Positions 1 to 7,446 of a stretch of 20,000 bases of DNA are shown here, one piece after another (position 1 is the first letter of the stretch; each line of letters opens with the position of its first letter). The notes under the pieces are model-generated. The model made no database searches and had not been told where the DNA came from. It saw only the letters and a program-made list of their open reading frames with translations. This DNA comes from an uncultured virus (IMG/VR IMGVR_UViG_3300030376_002891). Taxonomy: Duplodnaviria > Heunggongvirae > Uroviricota > Caudoviricetes. The translations under genes and the position numbers were made by a program. The stretch lies in IMG/VR virus record IMGVR_UViG_3300030376_002891, positions 52,857-72,856 of that record. One strand, 5' to 3'.

Positions 1-1370
1 AAAATGGAAACTACGGTTTAGGAAATTCAGAAACTTCTGACAGAAATTATGCTGTAAGGGTTACTGCTAATGATACACAAGATTGGCAAGGTAACACTAT
101 AGGCAAAACATTCAATCAAACTAAAATGGTTAAAGTCGGTATGTCCGACGCCGGACACGATAGTGGAACATCATCTTGTTTCTCACTAGGCGATGATGGT
201 TCAGTATGGGTTTGGGGTTACAATAACAACGGTCAATTAGGACTAGGTAATCCAGGAATAAACAATTCAACAGACGCTTCTGGTGGTCCAACAAGTACTG
301 CTTTCTATAGTGCCAATGTGACCAGACCAGTTAGATTACCTCAATCATATTTTGACGGAAGACAAATTGTTGATATGTGGGTATCAGGTTCAGAAGAAGC
401 TTGGTTCCATTGTTTAGACGAACAAGGTCAATTATGGGGTTGGGGACATAACCAACACGGTGAATTAGGAGTAGGTAACAGAAATGGCACTTACTACTAC
501 ACATTCCCAACAAGAATTGGTATTAACTGGAACAGATACGGCGGAATTAAAATGTATCAAACAACTCACTCAAATGGTGGACACTCTTGTACACACATTT
601 TAGATGGTGAAGGATATATGTGGTTCACAGGTTATACAACTTCAGGCGCTTGGCCGATTGGTTCTCCTGGTTATACAGGAACACACCACATTGGTTCATT
701 CAGAAGAGAAGGTCACTTCTTAAATGGTGATATTGATTACTTCTGGTGCGGTGGAGATGAAAACAAATGGTTATATATCAGACAAAAAACTACTGGTATG
801 TTATGGGTCCACGATGGTAACTACGGAACAGATGGTGGTCGTGGTCAATCAGTTGAGTCCAATGGATATTGGTATCAATCAGGTGGTCACCCAGGAAGTT
901 TCTTACATATGAAAGGTCCTAAATGGGCAGTCAATGTATGTGATGTAGGTATGAGTAGAGCTGATGGTTCTTATATGTACTCTTTCCCAATGATACTTGA
1001 TGACGAAGGTTTAATTTGGGGTGGTGCTCCATATTCAAACAATGAACACGGTTTAGGTGGAGATTCATCTAATAGTGACCAATGGACAAACGGTGGTAGA
1101 AACGATACACAAGGTGCAATGGAAGACAATGAAATGTTTAGAACAAGAAAAAGAATTGTATTCCAACCTGCCGGTGGACATAGATGGACAGATTTATTCT
1201 ATTCAGGAACTGGTTCTTCAAATATACCAAGAGCTCTTAACCAAAGAGGTCAAGTATACTGGACTGGTTATGACGGAAGTACTTCGGTAACTCAACACTA
1301 CGATTATTATTCAGAAGGTGCTGATAGTAACCAGGCTCAATACTTCTTCCACTTGGGTCCTAGAGACTAA
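1..1370 (+). CDS. RCC1-like repeat (beta-propeller) protein, 5'-truncated; possibly virion/tail-associated
   Basis: The frame is open from position 3 (NGNYGLGNSETSDRNYAVRV...) through the ATG at 126 to TAA at 1368-1370, so the gene starts upstream of the window. RCC1-type blades recur: VWVWGYNNNGQLGLG, LWGWGHNQHGELGVG, MWFTGY, VYWTGY. The virion role is inferred from context only. Confidence 0.7.
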   Translation, partial: NGNYGLGNSETSDRNYAVRVTANDTQDWQGNTIGKTFNQTKMVKVGMSDAGHDSGTSSCFSLGDDGSVWVWGYNNNGQLGLGNPGINNSTDASGGPTSTAFYSANVTRPVRLPQSYFDGRQIVDMWVSGSEEAWFHCLDEQGQLWGWGHNQHGELGVGNRNGTYYYTFPTRIGINWNRYGGIKMYQTTHSNGGHSCTHILDGEGYMWFTGYTTSGAWPIGSPGYTGTHHIGSFRREGHFLNGDIDYFWCGGDENKWLYIRQKTTGMLWVHDGNYGTDGGRGQSVESNGYWYQSGGHPGSFLHMKGPKWAVNVCDVGMSRADGSYMYSFPMILDDEGLIWGGAPYSNNEHGLGGDSSNSDQWTNGGRNDTQGAMEDNEMFRTRKRIVFQPAGGHRWTDLFYSGTGSSNIPRALNQRGQVYWTGYDGSTSVTQHYDYYSEGADSNQAQYFFHLGPRD

Positions 1371-1378
1371 TATAAATA
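1371..1378 (+). promoter_or_regulatory. T4-type late promoter (TATAAATA) upstream of the tetrapyrrole cassette
   Basis: Exact TATAAATA directly after the upstream stop codon. The same octamer lies in the intergenic gaps before gp13, gp21, gp22 and the monooxygenase. Confidence 0.75.
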
Positions 1379-1388
1379 ATTATACAAT

Positions 1389-1405
1389 AAGACTTAATAA
1401 GTCTT
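1389..1405. repeat. Perfect 8-1-8 inverted repeat in the cassette leader
   Basis: AAGACTTA-A-TAAGTCTT, between the late promoter and the GAGGTG ribosome-binding site (1421-1426). Confidence 0.7.
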
Positions 1406-1429
1406 TTACATTAAACAATTGAGGTGAAA

Positions 1430-2209
1430 ATGCAGGAAGTAGAAAAGTTTGTAGAACTGGCTCGTAAGAAGTTTGATTCACAACCATTCATAGAAGACTA
1501 TCTAAATAAAAAACTTAAATACAAAGAACTTGTTGGTACATACTTGTACAATCAATGGGTCTATACTTGTCAAATAGAAGGACTATGCAAAGACGCAGGT
1601 CTACTTGAAGACATAAAAGAAATTTGTATTAAAGAAAATCTAGCAGAAGCGTGGAAAGCAGAATGGCCTTATGACGCTGACGATATATCAAAACCTTGGG
1701 TAGAACCATCTGTAATGTACGCAACGCAAAGTTGGTGTGATGAGATACACAAGATAAAAGAAAATAAAGATTTATTACTTGCACATTTATATGCTTCGCA
1801 TAGTGAGATAATGGTTAATCAAGGCACTTCTGTCCTCAAAGAAAGACTTACAAAAAAATTTGAAGAAGCATATAAGAATAACGCTGACGCAATGTTAGAA
1901 GTTGTTAAGTTATCTTGGGACTTTAAAATTAATCTCGCACACGATTTAGAAGCACACAAAGACCATATGGAAGAAGTCTTACCTAGAATTGCAATGTTTA
2001 AAATTGCAGCCAAAGAGATTAGTGAAGATAAAAGTGGTATCAATGATTTATCTGCTGGCGCTAGAGACGAGGCAGAAGATAATAGAATAAGAGCAGAATT
2101 GATGGCAAACCAAGTGTGGGTTAAAGAAATGGATGTCAATGATGTACCTGAAGAATATAAAGCAGATGTACAAGCAGAATTGAAAAAACGAGAAGTTGCT
2201 AATAAATGA
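1430..2209 (+). CDS. Divergent heme oxygenase-like protein lacking the canonical catalytic motifs, with a charged C-terminal extension
   Basis: Aligns by eye to the downstream heme oxygenase: SQPFIEDYLNKKL/RQHFVKVLMSGKI, TYLYNQ/VYLFNQ, GLLEDI/GFFDDM, LLAHLYASH/IAAHIYVRH. The proximal His and GDLSGGQ are absent. ATG 1430 is preferred over GTG 1424 because that GTG lies within the SD-like GAGGTG. Confidence 0.6.
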   Translation: MQEVEKFVELARKKFDSQPFIEDYLNKKLKYKELVGTYLYNQWVYTCQIEGLCKDAGLLEDIKEICIKENLAEAWKAEWPYDADDISKPWVEPSVMYATQSWCDEIHKIKENKDLLLAHLYASHSEIMVNQGTSVLKERLTKKFEEAYKNNADAMLEVVKLSWDFKINLAHDLEAHKDHMEEVLPRIAMFKIAAKEISEDKSGINDLSAGARDEAEDNRIRAELMANQVWVKEMDVNDVPEEYKADVQAELKKREVANK

Positions 2210-2865
2210 AAACATTAAAAGAACTTACTTGGGAACATCACAAAGAAGCAGAAAGACAACACTTTGTTAAAGTATTAATGTCAGGTAAAATATTAGAAGA
2301 AGTCTACGCTGTTTATCTATTCAATCAACATCAAGCATATAACATATTAGAAGCGATAGCAATGTCGGAAGGTTTCTTTGATGATATGCCACAATTAAGA
2401 AGAGCACCTGAAATAAAAAAAGACTTTGATGAATTGTGGACTTGGAATCATCAACCTTGGTTGTGTGAAAGTACAAAGAGATATGTTTATCATTGTCAAA
2501 ATGAATTGATGGACTCTCCTGAAAAAATAGCTGCACACATATATGTTAGACATATGGGAGACTTATCTGGTGGTCAAATGATTAAAAGAAAAACACCAGG
2601 TAGTAATAAATATTACGATTTCAATTTTAAAAAAATTGATGATGGAGTACAAAGATATAAAAGTGTACAAGAACTAAAAGACGCATTAAGATTAAAAGTG
2701 GATAGTTATCAAAAGTATTCAGACGCAAGTACACTAACAGAAAATGTAAATAATGTTGTATACGAAGCAAGAGTTTGTTTTAGTTTTGCAACAGAATTAT
2801 TTAAAGAAATGATGAGTTTTATTAAAAATAATGAAAAGAGGTTTGGCGATGGAACGAAGAAGTAG
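2206..2865 (+). CDS. hemO: Heme oxygenase (heme to biliverdin)
   Basis: LKELTWEHHKEAE carries the proximal His (cf. HO-1 TKEVHTQAE). AHIYVRHMGDLSGGQ is the distal-helix signature, and EARVCFSFATELF is the C-terminal helix. ATGA overlap with the upstream ORF. Confidence 0.93.
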   Translation: MKTLKELTWEHHKEAERQHFVKVLMSGKILEEVYAVYLFNQHQAYNILEAIAMSEGFFDDMPQLRRAPEIKKDFDELWTWNHQPWLCESTKRYVYHCQNELMDSPEKIAAHIYVRHMGDLSGGQMIKRKTPGSNKYYDFNFKKIDDGVQRYKSVQELKDALRLKVDSYQKYSDASTLTENVNNVVYEARVCFSFATELFKEMMSFIKNNEKRFGDGTKK

Positions 2866-3550
2866 AATATGGGAAATGCTAGAGCAACACACTCATAGCA
2901 TTATTGCAAATTTTGAAAGAGAAGGTGAAGAAATATTTGAACCTACAATGAAGAAGTTTAATAGACCAGAACAAGGTTGGGTCAATAGAGTATGGGCAAC
3001 ACCAGAGGCAAGAAGATGTCATTTAGATGTTGTTGACGCTAGAGACGAAAAAGGTTTATATATGTTTCATTGTTGTGTATTTCCTAAACTTACAAGTACT
3101 GCGCCAATATATGGATTAGATGTAATCGCTGGTGCAAAAAAGGTTACAGGTTTCTTCCACGACTTTTCGCCACTTGCAAAGAAAGACCACTCAATGGTAG
3201 ATTGGTTTGTAAAAGAAGCAAGTCTTTATACACCATCAAAACCTAGACCATTACCTGATTGGGCAATGAAAATTTTTAGTCCAGGTATGATTGCAGCTGG
3301 TAATATTAATACAGAAAAAGAATTGACACAAGCATTAAGTATGGCACAATCTAACTTAGGAGTTTATTTCACTTTATTAAGAAGAGAAAAAGAACAAGGA
3401 GATATACAGGAAATAAAAGACGCACAAAATAGATACGCAAAACATCAACGAGAAAATCCTCATACTCCTAGAGTTATGTTAAGTTTAGGATTGCCAGAAG
3501 ATGATGTTAAAGAGTTTTGTTCAGACGCCTTATTCCCATATGTAGAATAA
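2849..3550 (+). CDS. pcyX: Ferredoxin-dependent bilin reductase, PcyX-like (PcyA/PebS/PcyX family)
   Basis: Motifs RRCHLDVVD, MFHCCVFP (PcyA His88 equivalent), PIYGLDVIAG (Asp105 equivalent), FHDFSP, RPLPDWAMKIFS and QRENPHTPRVM. Adjacent to a heme oxygenase. ATG 2849 follows GAGG at 2838-2841; ATG 2831 is an alternative start. Confidence 0.85.
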   Translation: MERRSRIWEMLEQHTHSIIANFEREGEEIFEPTMKKFNRPEQGWVNRVWATPEARRCHLDVVDARDEKGLYMFHCCVFPKLTSTAPIYGLDVIAGAKKVTGFFHDFSPLAKKDHSMVDWFVKEASLYTPSKPRPLPDWAMKIFSPGMIAAGNINTEKELTQALSMAQSNLGVYFTLLRREKEQGDIQEIKDAQNRYAKHQRENPHTPRVMLSLGLPEDDVKEFCSDALFPYVE

Positions 3551-4743
3551 TGGAACATTTAGACAAATTTAAGGCAGTAATAAAAGATTTAAAAGATGAC
3601 GGTAGATACCGTGTCTTCAATGATATTCTACGAACTAGAGGCGATTATCCTAACGCAATCTGGTATTCAAAATACTCAATCAAAAAAATAGTTAACTGGT
3701 GTTCAAATGATTATCTAGGTATGGGACAACACTCTTATGTGCTAGATAGTATGAAAACAGCACTGGAGACGAGCGGAGCGGGCGCTGGAGGGACGAGAAA
3801 CATATCCGGCACTACTCACTATCACATTGCTTTAGAACACGAATTAACTCAATTACACAAGAAAGAAAGTGCGTTATTATTCACTTCAGCATACAATGCT
3901 AATCAAACAACTTTAGAAACAATGGGCAAGATTATGCCTGACTTGTTGTTTATATCAGACGCACAAAATCACTCTTCAATCATACAAGGTTTAAGGCATA
4001 GTAAATGTAGAAAAGAAATATTTAAACATAATGATGTACAAGATTTAGAAAGTATATTAATGTCTAACCCAGGACCTAAATGTGTTGTATTTGAAAGTGT
4101 ATATTCTATGGACGGTGATATTGCACCTGTAAAAGAAATTGTTGAAGTATGTAAAAAATATAATGCAATAACTTTTATAGATGAAGTACACGCTGTTGGT
4201 CTTTACGGTCCTACAGGTGCTGGTATTTGTGAGAGAGACGGTATTGAAGTAGATATTATTAACGGAACATTAGCCAAGGCCTACGGTGTACAAGGTGGAT
4301 ACATTGCAGGAAAGAGAGAGTTTATAGACGCAATAAGAAGTATGGCAAGTGCGTTTATATTTACAACTAGTTTATCTCCAGTATTATGCGCTGGTGCATT
4401 GACTAGTATAAAATATGTCAAAGACCATCCTGAATTAAGAATGAAATTACAGGAGAGAGCATTAAAAACAAAAGAAGAACTTGAAAGAATAGGTATAGAA
4501 GTGATGAAAAACGATAGTCATATTGTACCTGTAATTATAGGTGACGCTAAAAAATGTAAAGCAGTTTCAGATGAATTACTTTACAAAAATGGTATCTATG
4601 TTCAACCAATTAATTATCCTACGGTTGCTGTTGGTACTGAAAGATTAAGATTTACTCCAACACCATTTCATACAGACGCAATGATATTTGATATGGTAGT
4701 TAAAGTAAAATCTGCTATGAGAAGATGTGGCAATAAGAAATGA
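3550..4743 (+). CDS. hemA: 5-aminolevulinate synthase (PLP-dependent, Shemin/C4 pathway)
   Basis: ALAS motifs WCSNDYLGM, GAGAGGTRNISGT, SDAQNHSSIIQG, FESVYSMDGD, DEVHAVGLYG, GTLAKAYG (PLP lysine), VQPINYPTV and ERLRFTPTP. Likely start is ATG 3550, overlapping the pcyX stop (TAATG). Confidence 0.95.
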   Translation: MEHLDKFKAVIKDLKDDGRYRVFNDILRTRGDYPNAIWYSKYSIKKIVNWCSNDYLGMGQHSYVLDSMKTALETSGAGAGGTRNISGTTHYHIALEHELTQLHKKESALLFTSAYNANQTTLETMGKIMPDLLFISDAQNHSSIIQGLRHSKCRKEIFKHNDVQDLESILMSNPGPKCVVFESVYSMDGDIAPVKEIVEVCKKYNAITFIDEVHAVGLYGPTGAGICERDGIEVDIINGTLAKAYGVQGGYIAGKREFIDAIRSMASAFIFTTSLSPVLCAGALTSIKYVKDHPELRMKLQERALKTKEELERIGIEVMKNDSHIVPVIIGDAKKCKAVSDELLYKNGIYVQPINYPTVAVGTERLRFTPTPFHTDAMIFDMVVKVKSAMRRCGNKK

Positions 4744-4934
4744 ATATAACAGAAGAGATTGATTGGTTAATTGTTGATGGTGCAAACGGATTAGAAATCT
4801 TATGGTTTATGTTAAAACACGAACCATTTTTACAAGGACTCATAGTTTTCGGCATATTGTTAGTGATATTGTGTTGGTATTTAGATAAAAAAGACGATAA
4901 AGACACGAAATGGGATTGCGACCCTCACGGATAA
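4740..4934 (+). CDS. Small putative membrane protein (64 aa)
   Basis: ATGA overlap with the hemA stop. One hydrophobic segment (FLQGLIVFGILLVILCWYL) followed by a charged tail. It fills the gap up to the next late promoter. Confidence 0.6.
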   Translation: MNITEEIDWLIVDGANGLEILWFMLKHEPFLQGLIVFGILLVILCWYLDKKDDKDTKWDCDPHG

Positions 4935-4935
4935 T

Positions 4936-4943
4936 TATAAATA
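4936..4943 (+). promoter_or_regulatory. T4-type late promoter upstream of gp13
   Basis: Exact TATAAATA, 25 nt before the gp13 ATG, with an AAGGA SD in between. Confidence 0.8.
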
Positions 4944-4968
4944 TTGCTAAAAGATAAAGGAAATAACT

Positions 4969-5775
4969 ATGGCTCAACCTAATACAAGACAGACACTTAT
5001 CGCATATGCTAAACGAGCATTAGGGCATCCTGTTATTGAGATTAATGTAGATGATGACCAAATAGATGATAGAGTTGACGAAGCACTACAATACTATCAA
5101 CAATATCACTATGACGGTATCAAAAGAGTATACTTAAAATACGAATACACTCAAACAGACAAAACTAGAATACTAGCAGATAGCTCAGAAGGTGCAACAA
5201 AAAATTCTGTAACCACAACTTGGAAATCAGGCAACAACTATATCGTTGTACCTGAAAGTGTAATATCGGTTACAAATATATTTCCTTTTTCTAATAAAGG
5301 AAACTTAAACTTATTTGATGTAAGATACCAATTAAGATTAAATGACCTTTATGATTTTTCATCTACAAGTGTTATTAACTATGACATTGTGATGAGACAA
5401 TTAGATTTCCTAGACCATATATTAGTTGGTGAAAAACCATTAAGATTTAATCAACACGACAATAGATTATACATTGATATGGACTGGGCAAACGATTTAC
5501 AAGTCGGTGAGTATCTAGTAATTGACGCATATAGAAAATTAGACCCAGACACTTATACAGATGTATATGATGATATATGGTTGAAGAGATACACAACTGC
5601 ATTAGTAAAAAAACAATGGGGTGCCAACCTATCAAAATTTAATGGAGTAGCAATGATTGGTGGAGTTACCTTGAACGGACAACAAATTTATTCTGAAGCA
5701 TTACAAGATGTTGAAAAACTTGAAACTGAAATCAGAAATTCGTTTGAGTTAAACCCAGCAATGTTAATAGGATAA
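4969..5775 (+). CDS. gp13: T4-like neck protein gp13
   Basis: LGHPVIEINVDDDQIDDRVDEALQYY at the N-terminus and WLKRYTTALVKKQWGANLSKF...GGVTLNGQQIY near the C-terminus; canonical gp13-14-15 order. Confidence 0.92.
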   Translation: MAQPNTRQTLIAYAKRALGHPVIEINVDDDQIDDRVDEALQYYQQYHYDGIKRVYLKYEYTQTDKTRILADSSEGATKNSVTTTWKSGNNYIVVPESVISVTNIFPFSNKGNLNLFDVRYQLRLNDLYDFSSTSVINYDIVMRQLDFLDHILVGEKPLRFNQHDNRLYIDMDWANDLQVGEYLVIDAYRKLDPDTYTDVYDDIWLKRYTTALVKKQWGANLSKFNGVAMIGGVTLNGQQIYSEALQDVEKLETEIRNSFELNPAMLIG

Positions 5776-5782
5776 AAATACA

Positions 5783-6622
5783 ATGGCCGTTAATCATTAC
5801 TTTCAAGGCGGCGATGGCATAGGTAGTCAAAATGAGAAAAGATTAATAGAAGATTTAATCGTTGAAAATTTAAAAATCTATGGTCACGCTGTTTACTATT
5901 TACCTAGGACTCTAGTCAATAGAGATTTAATTTTAGGCGAAGATTCTGCGTCTAGGTTTGATGAGTCATATCTAGTTGAAATGTACTTTGAAACGGTTGA
6001 AGGATTCCAAGGCGAACAAGAAATAATTAGTAAGTTTGGTTTAGAAGTTAGAGACGATACAACTTTTGTAATTGCGAAGAGAAGATTCCAAGAACAAGTT
6101 GATGACCCAGCAAACTTAATGGTAGATGGTAGACCTAACGAAGGTGATGTAATTTACTATCCTTTAATGAATAAGTTTTTTGAAGTTGCGTTTGTAGAAG
6201 ACCAGGAACCTTTCTTTCAATTAGGAAACTTACCTGTCTACAAATTAAGATGTAAAACTTTTGAATACTCTAGTGAAGAATTTAATACTGGTGTTTCTGA
6301 TATTGATACTGCTGATGATAGAAAATCACTTGATACAAGTTTACAACATCAATTCAGACTTGAAGATGGTACATTAAATCAATCTTCATACAATGGTTTC
6401 TTATTATTAGAAACAGGAGACAAACACGGTAATCCACAATACTTAATTAATGAAGACTATGATGATATTACTACAGACGGAGACGCCGCTACAAGTATAC
6501 AAACTAAATCTGTATATGCTGATAATTTGGATTTAGATACTGAAGCAGGTTTTGATACTGCAACGGTTTCAGATGACATATTAGACTTTACAGAAAGCAA
6601 CCCATTTGGAGATGTTAAATAA
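5783..6622 (+). CDS. gp14: T4-like neck protein gp14
   Basis: LIVENLKIYGHAVYYLPR, SKFGLEVRD, RPNEGDVIYYP, EPFFQLG and C-terminal DFTESNPFG; synteny. Confidence 0.92.
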   Translation: MAVNHYFQGGDGIGSQNEKRLIEDLIVENLKIYGHAVYYLPRTLVNRDLILGEDSASRFDESYLVEMYFETVEGFQGEQEIISKFGLEVRDDTTFVIAKRRFQEQVDDPANLMVDGRPNEGDVIYYPLMNKFFEVAFVEDQEPFFQLGNLPVYKLRCKTFEYSSEEFNTGVSDIDTADDRKSLDTSLQHQFRLEDGTLNQSSYNGFLLLETGDKHGNPQYLINEDYDDITTDGDAATSIQTKSVYADNLDLDTEAGFDTATVSDDILDFTESNPFGDVK

Positions 6623-7434
6623 TGTTCGGTACACATTTTTATAACGAAGGATTAAGAAAGTTAACTATTGCGTTTGGTCAAATCTTTAATAAGATTGTAG
6701 TACAAACTAAAGACGCAAATGATAGTGTTGTAAAAAGATTTACGGTGCCTCTTGCATATGCACCAAAAGAAAAGTTTATTACAAGATTAACTCAACAACC
6801 AGATTTACAAGACCAACAATTTTCAACTATATTACCTCGTATGGGTTTTGAAATATCAGGTATACAATATGACCCTAGTAGAAAATTAAATAAACTACAA
6901 AAGACAAGAACACAAACAGATGAAGGTAATACATCTAATCAACAAAACAAGATGAAGTTTAATTATACTCCTGTACCATATAATATAACTTACTCTTTGT
7001 TTATTTTTACTGCTACTGCTGAAAATGGTTTACAAATTTTAGAACAAATAGTTCCGTACTTTCAACCTGATTATACGGTTACTATAAATATGATACCAGA
7101 CTTAAATATCAAGCGTGATGTACCTATTGTTATAGGTGATATTAATTACGAAGATAATTATGATGGTGACTTTAATACAAGAAGAGCAGTAATTTATACA
7201 ATTAATTTTACTGCAAAAACTTATCTATATGGTCCGTCAACACATCAAGGTGTTGTAAGAAAAGTACAATCAGATTTAGGTTCGGATCCTGTAAATAAAG
7301 CAAGAGAAGAAAGAATTGTAATTACACCAAATCCATCTTCTGCAAAACCAGGTGATGACTTTGGATTTACGACAACTATATCATTCTTTAATGATGGTAA
7401 GAAATATGACCCATCAACAGGAAGTGATACATAA
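6622..7434 (+). CDS. gp15: T4-like tail sheath stabilizer/terminator gp15
   Basis: MFGTHFYN, VPLAYAPKEKF, LPRMGFEI, YDPSRK, QILEQIVPYFQP and FTAKTYLYGP; synteny. Confidence 0.92.
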   Translation: MFGTHFYNEGLRKLTIAFGQIFNKIVVQTKDANDSVVKRFTVPLAYAPKEKFITRLTQQPDLQDQQFSTILPRMGFEISGIQYDPSRKLNKLQKTRTQTDEGNTSNQQNKMKFNYTPVPYNITYSLFIFTATAENGLQILEQIVPYFQPDYTVTINMIPDLNIKRDVPIVIGDINYEDNYDGDFNTRRAVIYTINFTAKTYLYGPSTHQGVVRKVQSDLGSDPVNKAREERIVITPNPSSAKPGDDFGFTTTISFFNDGKKYDPSTGSDT

Positions 7435-7446
7435 TGAGAGGCGAAA

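Noticed and set aside
126..128. ATG 126 as the start of the first gene
   Set aside because: The frame is open back to the window edge and continues an RCC1-like repeat (NGNYGLGN), so the true start is upstream.
3517..3549. ORF-track start of ALAS at 3517
   Set aside because: It is a non-ATG start inside pcyX adding a non-ALAS-like peptide; ATG 3550 overlapping the pcyX stop fits better.
3550..4743. Alternative call as BioF, Kbl or serine palmitoyltransferase
   Set aside because: WCSNDYLGM, GGTRNISGT and DEVHAVGLYG, together with the heme-gene context, favour ALAS within this PLP family.
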